Of a stretch of DNA of 64,000 nucleotides, positions 50,282 to 64,000 are shown piece by piece. Position 1 is the first letter of the stretch. Each line of letters opens with the position of its first letter. The translations under genes were made by a program, and so were the position numbers. Under the pieces are notes generated by a model. That model saw only the letters and a list, made by a program, of their open reading frames with translations, did not search any database and had not been told where the DNA came from. Location: NCBI GenBank assembly GCA_040954595.2, contig CM082583.2, positions 4,517,374-4,581,373 on the forward strand, given 5' to 3'. This stretch comes from Balanoglossus misakiensis. Taxonomy: Eukaryota; Animalia; Hemichordata.

Positions 50282-53200
50282 ATGTCTGACGACCACAGTT
50301 TGTACGAGACCGACGAAGACGAGAACGATTTTGACGATGGCCCTGTCGCTCCCCCAGATCTTCAGCTTGTCCTGAGTAAATGGACAAATTACATCCATGG
50401 ATGGCAAGATAGATGGGTCGTTTTGAAAGAAGGAACACTGAGTTACTATAAGTCCAGAAATGACATCAGTGCCGGTTGCCGAGGATCGATGAGTCTTGCT
50501 AAGGCGGATATTCAGGTAATTAAGATAACCCAATGTTGTCATGTTCACAACCAACGCCCTCAAAATGACAGTTACACCATGGACCATTGGATGTCTCCAT
50601 GGTTAATAACTGATTTGTTTGCATCTCAACAAGAGATTCAAGTGTATCTACTCTCCAGAAACCCACCGAATATGAAGAAAAAACTTAAATACTGCCAGTA
50701 TGCTAGTGTATCTAGGATGATTGCCGCTCATTCACTGTAGTTCATACACTGGATGATGGAAATCATGTGCATTTGGTCACGGCTGCATACCAGCTAGCCT
50801 GTTAGTCATGAATGTAATAGGAATCTGTAGTTCGTTATTCCGCATGTAATTGGTGGACTTTAGCTGTGCTCAGGTGTTTTTTCCCCAAGCGCAGTCCTCT
50901 GCTTATGTCAAGGGTCAAGTAAGTTACAAAAATTAGTGAAAGGGGGATTTCAATAAATAAATAATGCTATTGTATCATTTATAACCTTGCATTCATATTG
51001 CTTGTGGGCGTGGGTCCAATACTTTTGGGCTGTGCAATGAAATGCCTTATAATTAACCCCAAAGTATGCTGAATAGGGGTAACCCACACGCACAATTTTA
51101 TAATTCCCAATCCCCACTTTTAATTGGAAGAAACCAATTTGATTCCTGCAGATCATTTAACAATGTTCCAATTTGAATTTGCCTGTCAGTAATTTGTTGA
51201 CTGTGCAAGGTGCTTTCTAGCAAAACATGATAATTTTAATTATTAATACTTTTTATACTGCCATATGAGGTCAGTCTAGCACTTATTTATGTTGCCATTA
51301 CCATTTCAAAATATCACCTGCCCTGAATTAATGTTTAACAGTACTCTTCTAGGTTAATTATTTTTTCAGTGACATGGCTGATTCAACAATGTAAACATAT
51401 CATATGCATCCATTCATGTCACTGCATGTGTGGTTACCATGGTTTCTGTTGTGTAGTAGACTTGTATGCATTATCTCAGAAAGAAGTCAACAGTTGAAAT
51501 AGACAGCCCCACTCAGTGATTTCAAAAAATATTAGGTGGTGGACATTTAAATAAATCAGGCATTGACGTGAACTGGTTATGCTGGTCAGTGGTGTGTGTC
51601 AGATGTTTTTGAAATGGGAAATATCATTGAAAGGCAAGCTGTACTACCCGGTACAAGGCATATTTAAAAACAATTATTAACAAAAACAAAAACGCAGAAG
51701 ATATTTATTTGATTCTCTTATGATGGCCATAAACAATTTAATGTTACTTACACGTATACATGTATTTGAATTTTTGTACAAAATAAATATATCACAAGTG
51801 ACATAATATATAATTTCAAATTATGTACTAGAAAAAGACTGCTCCTGAGACTATAGCCTTGTGAAATTATCTGAACTCAGACCCGCCCTTGGAAGCTGTG
51901 TTGACTTTGATAAAAGTTGACTGGTGCCCTTGTAGTTAACATGCAAAATATTGTCGTACAAGGTACTGAGGTGTAACGTTGTATAGTGCATGTACCAAGG
52001 ATATTACAAGGATTTTGATAAAACAAGACAGTGGTTTCATCTCTACTGTCAATGATAATAAAAATAGATTGGAATATGTGACCAAATAAAATCTGTTTTC
52101 CAGAGTTCTGTGAACAAGGACCAGTGATTTTGTTTACTTGTTGAACATATTTTGGGATTGTCGTTTGACAAAGCAACGTGTACATGTACACTGTCGGGAT
52201 ACTTTGCTGACTGAACTTTTGATCTCTTTGGCGAACTTGTTCCGTCACCCACCAGTGGACACACAGCCACCTCAGTAGCAGGAAGATCTAAAAAGACATC
52301 TAGGCATGGCATGCAAACGATGTGTGACATACACACAGAATAGTCAATGGAACCTTGAATTTGAATGGAGGAATTATAAACAAAACCACATCACGATTCG
52401 AAGCAGCATGCATGCATAATGCATAATGCCTGTATTTACATGTTCTTGTTCCCCAGCACTTCATCAGAGCAGAGCTGTGTGTGTGTTGAATTGAACATTG
52501 CAGCTATCAGCTTGTGTCCATGACAGCCTGTGTCAATATATTCCCATCTGAGAAAATTTTGGAAATTTTATGTATGGTTCGAGGGATATTTTTCACAGTG
52601 ACGTTGATCTGATTATTTATGAATATATGTGGTTTTCCGACAGGAAAACTCGCTACCAGTTAACAAGCAAACATGTTCTTTTTAAGGGTCATCTATGTAT
52701 CATGTGCAAGCCCTAAGACAGTATTCCCTCAACACGTATATATATGTGTAATTTAGAAGCGTTCTTATAATAATCACAGGGTACTGTAGTCACAGAACAG
52801 AGATATTGTACAAGCAAAAAGTCAAACATTCATTTAAACATGTATATATAGGATTGTGTATTTTTATTTTTGCGTGTATACATGTTATTGTATATGGATT
52901 TAATGTGTACTGCTGTGCATTCAAGTTCCGGTTGTTACCTGGTGATGTTGAGTCATGCCAATGTGCAATTGGTGTCATTGGTGGTGTTATCTATTGTAAG
53001 ACCAGTCAGAATGTAGGTTAAGGGGTCAAAATCACCATTCAGTGATTCATAAACGCAATCATTCACTTAAAGTAAAGTTGTCCTTGTGAGTTTTTAACAG
53101 ACGTGAATTTACTTACCGGTAAATTAAAACCATGGGAAATAAAGTTTGTTTGTGGTACTTCATATTATTAAACCCAATTAACAAGAATTGTGTTGTAATT

Positions 53201-56200
53201 TTATTGCTACGAATTGTCGTTGAGCTGGGCAGGAGTGCAGTGGGGTTTCAAGATTTGTCTTAATTAATGCATGATGTCTTACCTGTAATAACCAGTGGAC
53301 AAAAAATGAATGGATATCTTAGTAACGTATCTTTTTTTTTGTCTCCAACAGCCACATGAGTTTGATGAACTTCGATTTGATGTCGCCATCAATGACAGCG
53401 TTTGGTATTTGAGGGCTACGTCCGCCGAGGAACGACAGCAATGCTTGGAGGCATTAGAAGCACACAAGGTAATGTTTCTGCCTGTTCGAATTGATTAGGG
53501 TTTGTTGTACTGTGTGCAGGTGGAGAGCGTGAGTGAAGTTGGATGTCGGTACATAGTATTTCTCACAACTGAATGTCACCGCACTAGAGAGAATTTTCCC
53601 ATTGTTTGTTTGTATATATACCGGTACACATGTACCATAACCATGCACACCACTTCTGTGAATGTATAGAATCCCGTAAGGATATGTACTTTGGTTGCTT
53701 AAAATTTCTGTATGATTTGATGCCTGTTTCAAATACATGTACATGCCAAATGTTTCATGGTTCCTTAAAAGAAGATAAAAATTGAACCAGACAGATAATC
53801 AATCCTGATCACAATTATTCCTGTATGAAAGAAGAATTGTGGTGTATTATACAGCATAATGAGTCAATTCTGAGGAAATTGTGAATGAGGCTCACATACA
53901 TTTATATTTAATAAGAATATGTGTACACAATATGTGATCACACAGCGTACACACTGAATATGTACCCTTTTATTTCACGCCCAGGTTTTGTTGATTTTTA
54001 TCTGGCAGCAGATTGAGTCACCAGATAAATACTTATATTAGATAACTATATCTATAATCAGCATGAGTGGGAACTATGCGAGATGTGGCATCCATATGTA
54101 GTTAGTGCTCTCTTGGGGTATGTGTGTGTGTGTGACTGTCAATGGCTTTGCAGCTTGTAATGGCTTTGTTATAATAATCTCTTTTCTATAGCAAGCCTAT
54201 CCCCCTTTCATACGGACAATTATAGTCTGACACGTACTACAATTTGGGTGATCATATGTTGTTGTGAAGTGTAATCCTAGATGCAACACGTTTTACTCAC
54301 ACCAAAAATGTTACTGTGATGACATCATGTGTTTTGTGATGACAACAATATGAAAATTTGAATAGTCATTATCTGACAAGAATACGTATATTTTATCAGG
54401 GGGGGGGGGGGGGGATGAAGAATCGTTTGATTAATGTTGTTATTACATTTTGCAACCAGATACAGATACCATGATACCCCAAACAGAAATGATTAAATTC
54501 TTATTGTTATTAAACTAGATGCGTTATTGTGATTGCCACATTAAGTAAAGATAAGAATAGTCTACTGCCAGTCAAAACAGATGGAAAGGTTTAATTGTTG
54601 TGAGCATACGGAATGGAACTATTCTTAGCCTTTGTAAATTGTTCAGTGTGCTACAGTATGAATAAAGGAATGGTTGTTTGACATGCGAACATTTTGAAAT
54701 CAGTGTCACAGATGCTATACCAGAAACAGACTGCCAGCAATGTATACGCCACATTGCAATGATTCATGGGTGAATTTGTACCCCTGAATCTGGGCATAGA
54801 GGGCGCTGTTTGGCAATAACATTGGGGTTGTCCAGATGGTAAAGATACAATCATCTCTGGTGTATACAGTGCTATTAATGCCTGACTATGATACTTTTTT
54901 CCCGCTACTACAGGCAGAGTCTGGTTATGGATCAGAGAGCAGTTTGTTACGCCATGGGTCCATGCTGTCTCTGACGTCAGGCGCTAGTGTGGCATCGCAG
55001 TCTTCCTTCAAGGTATTTCATGTTTTCAACAATCCAGTTTTTGTCATTATTCCACTAACATTGAAAAGCACAGCTATTGCATGTCATCCAGGCCCCGAAG
55101 TTCAATGCTGTGTTCCTATGCACTTATGACAGTGTTCTGCAATCATTCCTGAACGCCGCGAAAAAAAAAAAAAATCAGCAGTTACGTATAGCAATACAAG
55201 AAAGTTTCTGTCAAATTTCACAAGCAATAATAGTCTTGTCTTTCTTTCTTTTTCACAAATAGAAAGGAAGAGGACTCCGTGAAAAACTTGCCGAAATGGA
55301 AACATTTCGGGATATACTGTGTCGGCAAGTGGACACTCTGCAGGCATATTTTGATTCGTGCGCTGATAGCGTTTCTCTCGATGATGATCCGAGAACAAAA
55401 TGGAATCATCATGATCTGTGTAAGTTTATTACCATATTATGGCATCTTGTTGAAAATACTGTGACTGAGGGTCAATATGTCCCACAATTTCAAACGTGAC
55501 ATGTCTGAGTATACTTTTGAACCCTGCTTACTTGATATACAATACGGTTGACAGATATATTGTTAAGTCTCAATGAAAAATGCAACTTTGCTGCCCAGAA
55601 CAATGAAACTGTGGATAAGTCATTGTATTGTAGGATCGACATTTCATGATATGCGCTTGTGACTGACAGTACACTTGTGTTTTTTTTGCACATTTCAGTA
55701 GACGACAATGATGCTGTCGAGGACCTCGATGACTTTCTGACTCCAAGGGTGGACAGCATGAACACCAATCATGTGAACGGACACAAGGAGAAAGGTTTGT
55801 GAATGTCCCCAGTAGTTTCATCCTGAAAACTGCTCCTTCAAGAATTGACAGTCCTAACATAATTCTTGCGTACCATTTGGTTATTTTTGACAGGATTTCC
55901 TTTCGTCCCCGGTACGTCATCTCATCCTGAGATGGGAGTTGATTTTAAAGGAGAGGCGTTCACGTTCAAAGCGACAACGGCCGGTATCATCGCCACCCTG
56001 TCACACTGCATCGACTTGATGCGGCAGCGCGAAGATCAGTGGCAGAGACGGTTTGAAAAGGTCAGTAGTAGTGTCCAAGACTTTTTTGAACAGCCACCCT
56101 TTCACACCCAGGGCACTTAATTGTCGTGTGCATTTATTGTCATTATTGGGAGATTTCTTAGAAATTATTTATTCGCCCTCAAATGATTTTGCTTTCATCA

Positions 56201-59200
56201 AATCTTTTCAAGGAACAAGACAAACGGAGAAGAACTGAAGAAGGCTACAGGAATGCACTGGCTGAAGTGAAAAGGAAAAATAATCTTGGAGGTCCTGACT
56301 ATGAGGTGAGTTCACTAGTTACCAGGTGGCAATCTGTATCTAATCAACGGTAGATGCTGGACAGCCTATTGAAAGTTTATGACACAGCCCTAAAAATCCT
56401 GTAGGTTGGCGGTAGGTTGATTGGTTGGTTGGTTCAATGTCTTTTTAGCTGTCACATGTTTATGTGTGAGACTATGTCACTTTGTCAGTATATCATCAAG
56501 CACTGTGAAAAAGTCACAGATCTAGTGTGTGAACGGCCCATACTCTGGATGCACAGCATACATGTAGAGTGATGGGCACGAGTTATCGTGAGACACACTT
56601 TTTATGTCAGTGGTTGTGGGACTGTGGATATGTCTCCTTTGGTTTGAGAGTCCAAACATCTTCAACTGATGAATATAAAATTTTGATGTGGTTTCATGAT
56701 GTGAATAATGGACAAGAATGTGTTTGAGATTCTGGTTCTCATTTGCATGCTAAATGTTAGCAATACTGGGTAGCCCATTATATTTCTCATCATGCACCTG
56801 AGTCAAGTTGAATTCTGCGGTTCATGTATTCGAATTTCCTGTGACATTGGTGGTTTATTTTTCGATAGATTCTTGAGTACATGAATGTGTACAAGAGTGT
56901 GTCTTTTGACAGGTGAATCCCCAACAGGCATTTTTCTGTTGTCTTGCGAGGTACTGAATGACTATTAATGAGGCTGGTGATAGGACGTGACATGTGTGCG
57001 GAAGAGAGTGTCTTTCTAGACAAATCTGTGTGCGGTGATGTGGCCTGGCATAGTGATAGCATAGCATTACGAATGAAGTGGAGACATCCAAACTGCTGTT
57101 TAGTATGCGAATGTCGGGTAGCTCCTCGTTTAGTCACTCTCCGTCCATTGTGAATGTGCTTGCGTTCGCCCAGCAGCAGTGTCTAACTGTCTCAGTGATA
57201 TGTGTCGATGGCCGAGGTTTGTGGCCGGATCATGGCTTTCTGCTTGCGAATACTGACCAGGGGACGGTGTGTGGTTTGTGCTCGCTTTCAGGAAGGACCC
57301 CACAGTGCGATTAACGATGAAGAGTTCTTCGACGCCGTGGAGGCTGCTCTGGACAGGCGAGACAAGGAGGAAGAGGTGAGTGCCTCCCATCCCAAAGTAG
57401 TACTTGTACTTTAAAATTTATGTAACATCTAATTGTGTGTTGAGAGTAACATAACTGAGAGGAGAGTACAGTCAATGAGACTTGGTCATAGACATGGAAA
57501 TTAGGTTTGTCCTGTTGTCATTGCCTATGGTAATCTTTAAAGACAAGGCCAATGACCTCGCTATCTTCCACGAGACAGGGTCATTGTCCTCTGCTGTAAC
57601 CTAGGAGATGCAGTTAAGGTGTTTATTTTGAAGAAAAGTCAAGGTGAAACCTTGTGATAATCATAAATTATACTATATTCCTTGTTAAGTGTTAATTGCC
57701 TGTCACCAAGAAATAAATAAACAAACTTTCCTAAATACAATCAATATATTAGTGAGGCTGATAGCCTGAAGGGTATGTTTGCAAATGTTGTGATTCACAA
57801 GTTGTAAGTTTTAATATTTATTTGTACAACATCTGTGATTTAATTCCGACAGTTGACTAAATGACTGGTTCAAACAAACCCGCCAGGCAACCTTATCATA
57901 ATTATTATAAACTTTATTTCGGACTTAAAAGTCCATATCAGTGTATTAATTAATAATTGTTCAAATCTGTATTTTGCAGTCTGTGACTTTTTGATCAAAA
58001 TACTCCAAATTTGAAGCGTGAACACTTGCTGGCAATAATTTCCTGCCGATCATTGTACCCAACCCTTGAACCGCTTTAGCATTCAAAAATCCCACACTTA
58101 TTTTTTTGGTGGTGTGTGATTTCTTCTGCCGTACAGGTATCCGAACCGCAGAAAGCTCTGCCGGCGCCGATACCAGTCCCTGCCAAACTCGAAGGAAGTC
58201 AACACTGGCTGTCAGAAGAGGTATGTGATTCTGTGTCATGTACGACTTCCTGATATTGAAGCATATAACGTGATGTCTTACATTTCAGGGTGACTCGCTC
58301 CTTACATTTAGGGGGGGGGGGGGGGAGGTGGTAGGGTGGCCAAATCCTCCATGTTGACATCAGTTTGATATTTATTGTAAAATAGGAAACGAGAGCCAAA
58401 AAAAACAACACAAAAATAAAAGTTTGCATAAAAATGTTTTTTTTTTTTTGAGATGCAGTTAGTGAAATACGAGAACGCAAAAATCAATCGTTGGCTATCG
58501 GTTGCCTCTTTTGATATCGCAAAAATTTCCTGTCGTGAAAATTTCCCGTTTTACAGAATCATGTAATATTTGAGGTTTTGCATACTTTGTGACTCGTATT
58601 CATTTCATGGCCATTGGTACTGAATAAATTATTATTATTAGTAGTATTCATTTCATGGCCATCTCACCAACAAGTAACTTTGTAACTTTAATTAAAATAT
58701 TGCGTTTTGCCTCCACAGTGCGACAAGAAAGTGGACGAGGCAATCAAGTATGTATTTGAAGATTTACACGGTGAACAGGGAACTTGGCAGTTGGTCCATG
58801 AAGAGGGAGAAATGAAAGTAAGATTTTGTACTCCTCTACGGGTGGGAGATTTTGAATTGGGTCACTCGGCTGATCAGTTACTCAGTCAGTCAATTAAAAG
58901 TGAAGCTGTTTAGGGAACATTTATCAGTCTATGAATCTAATCAATTCATCATTTAATCCATCCATCCATCCATCAATCAATGTCTTGGGGGCCGATCAAT
59001 TGAAAGAACACAACTGATGTTCAGTAATCTGAATAAAATGTTGTTGGAAGGTCCTTGGGAAAGAAGTTTTGTCATTGATGCCAGTGTTAAGTTTATGATA
59101 AGTATATGACTGGAATTATTTCAGTTGAGTTTATAGTGGCACATAATAGAAACAACATTCACCACAAGAGTTCAGATGACCATTGACCTGATAAATTCAA

Positions 59201-61713
59201 CTGAACAATATAGTGAAACAATAGCGAACTTTGTGCTAGAAAAGTACAAAGTCTGAGGACTTCGCTACAAAAAGTAGAGATACCTTTTATCCCATAATTT
59301 TAAAATAGGTAATAATTTCTCAAATGTCAAATTGATTAAACAAAAAAATATTCTGCCCTAAACATTTTTTTTAATTGACACAATGTGACACATTGTCAGT
59401 GCAAAACACTGACCGAAGTGTAGTCATTTCTTGGACCAGATCCCCTGTTTTCATGTGGGGATAAGATAGAAGTAAAAACACTGCAGTGGTGACGTTATTA
59501 TGTCCTGATCTTTTAAAAATGATGTTTCCGAATTTGTAGGTCTACCGCAGTGAGCAAGAGGTTGATGGCATTGTGGTCGACCCATTGAAAGCAATACACA
59601 AGGTGCAAGGTATCACGGCTCACGAGATGTGCCACCATTTCTTCGACGCGGGATGTAGGTTGGAATGGAACGGTAAGCACTGACAGGCGTAAAATTGTTT
59701 GGCCACACACAGAACAATATGCTACTGAAGCAACATGGGACAACAGGCCGAGCAGTCATTGTCCACACATCCGATCTGATCTGATTCCTTTAAAATTCCT
59801 TACAAGTGAAAAATGCAAAGGCACACAAACTTCCAGAATTATTGTTTTGCTTTGCAATGTGACTCAGTATGGTTGATTAATGGCCAGTTCCTCAAATGAT
59901 AATAATTTTCATAAGCTCATACAAAAACTTCAAAAGATTTAGATGCTGTTATTCTGAAAACTGATTCCTTATTTGAGCAATTGCAATGTCCTTTAAGAAA
60001 AAAAATCTTGTAACTGCCCTCCAGACACTGTTTTGGCAATATCAATGTTTATTATTGCACACTGATTATTTATTCTTGCATGCTGATCACGTTTATCTCT
60101 GCTCTCCCATACAGCCACTCTGGAGACTGCTGAGGTCATCGAAGTGTTGAGTGCCGATACACTTGTGTGGCATGAAATGGTGAAGAGAGTGTGGCCAGCA
60201 ACTCAGAGAGACTGTGTTTATTGCTCACACTACAGAAAAGTCTCCATGGACGAAGACACACATTCAGGCACTTATCTTGTTTGTAACTTTTCGGTGGATC
60301 ATGAGAGCAGACAGGTAATGGTATTCATTTTTTTGGACACAGCCGCTGAATTTTTGCATTACTGTAAAACACTTTATTTTCGCGAGCAATAAATTTTCGC
60401 GAAATACGTGAGAGCCAAAACAGCGTGAAAATAAAAGTCACGTTAATTTTTTTGGAAGATAACGATGCAGTGAATGAAAAAAGAGATAGCAAAAATTAAC
60501 AGTGGCCTATCTTGATATGGCGAAAATTTCAACTCGCGAAAATAAAGTGTTTTACAGTATTTTGTTATGCTGTGTTGTGCGTGTCAGGGTGTATCAGTAT
60601 TCCAAGTGAAGGAAATGTGCCCTGAACAACAATATGACCCACCCACCACTGATGCAATCTGCTTGTTGTCCTGAAGTCACTAATGCTATACATCTGATGT
60701 ACTGTAGAAGTGTGAATTTTCACTAGGATTTAAAATTTCGGGGTTTTGATGTTTGGGGCACATTCACGAATTTGGCTATGTATGAAACAGTGAGTTCTAT
60801 CTTTCACTGAGATTTTTCAGTGAAAATATCAAATTTAAAACCCATTGAAACATAAATGCTCTCACAGTACCCGGTATAACACAAAATGTTTCTTTCACTT
60901 GGTACGTGAGATGACAAAGGGCTGACAGGAAGTAATTCTCAAGTTCACTCAAAAATCTTTTCAGAACATTTTGTCACTCATGTGCATTTTGCGCCTTTTT
61001 TGTTGTAGGTCGGGAATAAATGCGTGCGAGCCAAAATCAACATAGCAATGTTTTGTCAAACACTAGTGGAACCACCCACAGATGACCAGGAAGGCATTTC
61101 CAGAGACAATGTATGGTGTAAGATCACGTATACAGCGCATAGTAAGTAACCCACAAATATAATGTCAATATGTCTCTTTCATGTAGAGGGCACTCTTCCA
61201 AAATATGGCGTCATCGAAAATGAGGCCAGTAAGTCACAGAGTACTGCTCAAGCCTGTTTATTGTTTATATGATACAAATTGTGTGTAAAATGTGGCAGTT
61301 GTACGTCGGTCCCAACTATAGCGACGATACACAAGACAAAGCTTCGGCAAAGTTTTTACTCTATGACCTGCTGGCCTCCTTTTCGCGTCATCTTGGAAGG
61401 GCGTCGTCTTTATGAAACAGGTTTAGGTCTACGTATTCTTCTGTTTACATGTGTAGCGATGAAATTTGTAACACATAAAATATTTCTCTGTAGCAGGATG
61501 TAGACAATTTTCAACACTCGCTGTTGACAATAAAATATTTGTTTTGAGGCTAACTCCTGATTTTTGCTTTTTGTTTCCTTAACAGTCAATCCCGGTGGCT
61601 GGGCTCCGGCGTCGGTCCTCCGTGCCATGTACAAGAGGGAGTATCCGAGATTCCTCCGAAAGTTTTCCGGTTTTGTCGCGAAAAAAGTGGAAGACACCGA
61701 GATTATGTGGTGA
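50282..61713 (+). CDS. CERT1: Ceramide transfer protein (PH - serine-repeat - FFAT - START), 607 aa
   Basis: Exons 50282-50515, 53352-53468, 54914-55012, 55263-55419, 55699-55794, 55894-56060, 56213-56305, 57292-57375, 58137-58220, 58719-58817, 59540-59672, 60115-60314, 61009-61141, 61586-61713; 1824 nt in phase. Motifs: [63 protein letters not shown] (FFAT), [30 protein letters not shown]. Confidence 0.98.
58373..58558. mobile_element. Degenerate TA-flanked MITE (TACTGTAAA family)
   Basis: TATTGTAAAATAGGAAA ... GTGAAAATTTCCCGTTTTACAG form imperfect TIRs. Confidence 0.5.
60360..60559. mobile_element. Young 200-bp MITE with perfect 27-bp TIRs
   Basis: TACTGTAAAACACTTTATTTTCGCGAG / CTCGCGAAAATAAAGTGTTTTACAGTA is an exact inverted match including the TA ends. 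Confidence 0.9.
60700..60869. mobile_element. Older, degenerate MITE of a related TACTGT...ACAGTA family
   Basis: TACTGTAGAAGTGTGAATTTTCAC ... TGAAACATAAATGCTCTCACAGTA. Confidence 0.5.
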
Positions 61714-62791
61714 TATGGGGGTGACACAGGCTTGGACGTCCCATGATGCAATGCAAGATTATTATTTTTTCTTCTCAAGAGAGATGGCAAGTTTATAATG
61801 AGGTCATCACATGAATGAATGAAAGACTGCCTTCCCATGGTGCATTTCAGTGTGACAACCAGAAAAAATGCCTTTAACGGGTGTGGGACAACAGGCTGTG
61901 CTTGTCCCATTGGTACATAGGAAAACCGTCAATAATGAAATGTCTGGTATTTAAACAGTTCACCATGCTTTTCCATGGTGTTTTCATTGAATCTCACGAT
62001 GTTTAGTTCCTGAGTACGAATGCTTTCAAATGTAGACATAAGAACAAAAATATCATGGAAATATTAGAAAGGTGATAAATTTCACACTTCCTTTTTTCAA
62101 CGACAGTAATACTTGAGGGGACGATTTTGAAATGCCTGTATGTTTTATTTAAATGAAATTAATTAAATTAAATTACTGATTTAATTATTGTGACCGAGCA
62201 GTGAGCTAACAGTGTAAATACCGCAGCTTGCTTTACTTAAGGATGTATGTGCACATAAAACAATTGTCATGTAATTGGAGTGTGCCTCTTTGTAAAACAC
62301 AATAACATTGTGGCTTTGACTTTTAGCATGTGCATTCAGTAAGAAGGGGGAAAATTAAATTTAACTTTAATTTTGTTGATAGTTGCAAGCACAGGGGAAC
62401 TAGCCGAGATGAGTTAGTCTGAACTTGGCGTACGTACTCCAGAATGGGGTACCCCAACAAACTTGCGATTAGAGATTTTTGATTGATTGTAGATTGTTGA
62501 GCCGTGTTTATGTAGAATAGAATGTCCAAGGTCCTACTGTGAATGTCCAGCCTTTGTCTCAAAACCCTGCAACAACAGAAACTTGTAGTAAAGAAAAAAA
62601 AAACATTTTTTGGTCCCAATCTCTTCAAGGCCAGTTGAGAAAGACTCCTGTATGCTGAACAACAGCGAATGTGAACAAATATTTTCACATCCAAGTAGTG
62701 TTCAGGTTAAACCTATTCCAGTGTTAAGGCAACACAAAGTTAACATTATTTATCTGTTTTTCTCTAATTGGTCAACGGTTAGACGCTTTAA

Positions 62792-62797
62792 AATAAA
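62792..62797 (+). terminator. Candidate CERT1 polyadenylation signal
   Basis: AATAAA about 1.1 kb after the stop codon. Alternatives exist (ATTAAA near 62162, AATAAA near 63175). Confidence 0.3.
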
Positions 62798-63366
62798 ACA
62801 AAAACAATGCGAAGAAGGAAGTTGACAATGGTTTCTCCAACCCTTCAGGGGGGGGGGGGGGTTGCCCATTGTATATATATTGATGGTCTTAAAATTGAAA
62901 GATTAACCATGCATGAAGTTTAGGGAAATGAATTTTACATGTGATTATATTTTGATGATTCACCATATGTGAGATATGTGGTACACTCAGCCTATCCCAA
63001 CTGTCAGTGCCAGGCTTTGGTACGATCCTACTGCGTGTAGTTTTGTGGTTTGATCTACGTTCTGTGAAATGAGAAGAATAGGGGTGAAGGGGTTATGGTT
63101 ATACCCACCTTGAGAATCCTAGTCTTAATTTTTGTTCATACTTGAACATATTTCAGATTCATCCATTTCAATAATAATAACATCAATGTAACCATGAGAT
63201 GATTATGACTATAGGCAACCCGAACCTCGAATTTATTTGTATAGGAAATAGAATTCTTCTGGCTGCCGATCTCCACTACAGCTGCTATAAAAAAAACTCG
63301 TTTTCGTTGAAAACAAGTTGAACATTGCAAATTCTCTTTAGTTTTCACCACACTTCTGCTCAAGCA

Positions 63367-63460
63367 TTAACCCTTCCACCCCTGTCTCTCTTGGTAGAGG
63401 TCAAATTTTCCCATTGAAAGCTATGGGTTTGGAGCAAACCATGGCGGGTGAAAAGGTTGA
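63367..63460. mobile_element. Short piggyBac-like MITE
   Basis: TTAACCCTTCCACCC ... GGGTGAAAAGGTTGA. Related copy in the opposite orientation at 18260. Confidence 0.55.
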
Positions 63461-64000
63461 TGTGGCACAGAGGTGAAAGACAGAGAATTCTTTTCTGAAA
63501 TTAAGCAAAGTGGGCCTTTAAGGAGATGTGAATTATGTTCCGATTACTTAAGGTAACCATGAATTTCTCAAGGGTACCTAACTCGTCGTAAACTTGCACC
63601 ACTGGATTGGCAAAGAGTTGCTCCCGTTTCATGGCCACCAGAGCCAAATAAAAACTGAGACGGGAGTTGTTACGTCTACACAACACTATACATGACATGT
63701 ACTAACAAGATTTACTACACCACACACCAGCATGCAACCCTAGTAAATTTGGAAAGTCATGTAACATGTTGTATTTGCTTGCTGCAGGGTGTACAACTCC
63801 CTGGCTGGCTACTTTGATCTGTGTACAGACCTTGCAGTTGTCACATCTTTGCTGTATGATAGTGGTTCAAAAATTCACACTCCCCTGAACTCAAAAGCAA
63901 ATTAAAAAAGCAGTGCAAGTCCGACTATCGGTGCCAGAATTGTTTATCTTCGCAAACACCTCAGTTATGTTGATTTTCTGTGTTTTTTACGAGCAGGCAG

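Noticed and set aside
54399-54414. Poly-G tracts (also ~1905, 16467, 24741, 58310, 62848) as a functional G4 system
   Set aside because: Scattered homopolymers with no positional pattern.

Overview
Eukaryotic, intron-rich genomic DNA from an invertebrate deuterostome, probably an ambulacrarian such as a hemichordate (inferred from HMGCR sequence and repeat style). Three conserved genes can be assembled exon by exon with GT-AG sites and consistent phases: HMG-CoA reductase (HMGCR, minus strand, 18 coding exons, 944 aa), DNA polymerase kappa (POLK, minus, 11 coding exons, 806 aa) and the ceramide transfer protein (CERT1/COL4A3BP, plus, 14 exons, 607 aa). POLK and CERT1 are head-to-head with start codons about 600 bp apart. 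The same three genes are neighbours in human 5q13.3, but HMGCR lies on the other side of the pair. The window also holds two loci I cannot assign to a family: a cysteine-rich, probably GPI-anchored protein (12.5-15.8 kb) whose best first exon looks broken, and a small secreted protein with a decayed paralog between HMGCR and POLK. The first 11 kb is mostly repeats, including a possible composite inverted-repeat element carrying spliced non-coding exon modules and a ~129-bp satellite. Many MITEs, microsatellites and one perfect 63-bp palindrome are present. I found no CRISPR array, rRNA or tRNA. All coordinates were read by eye, and no database search was run.
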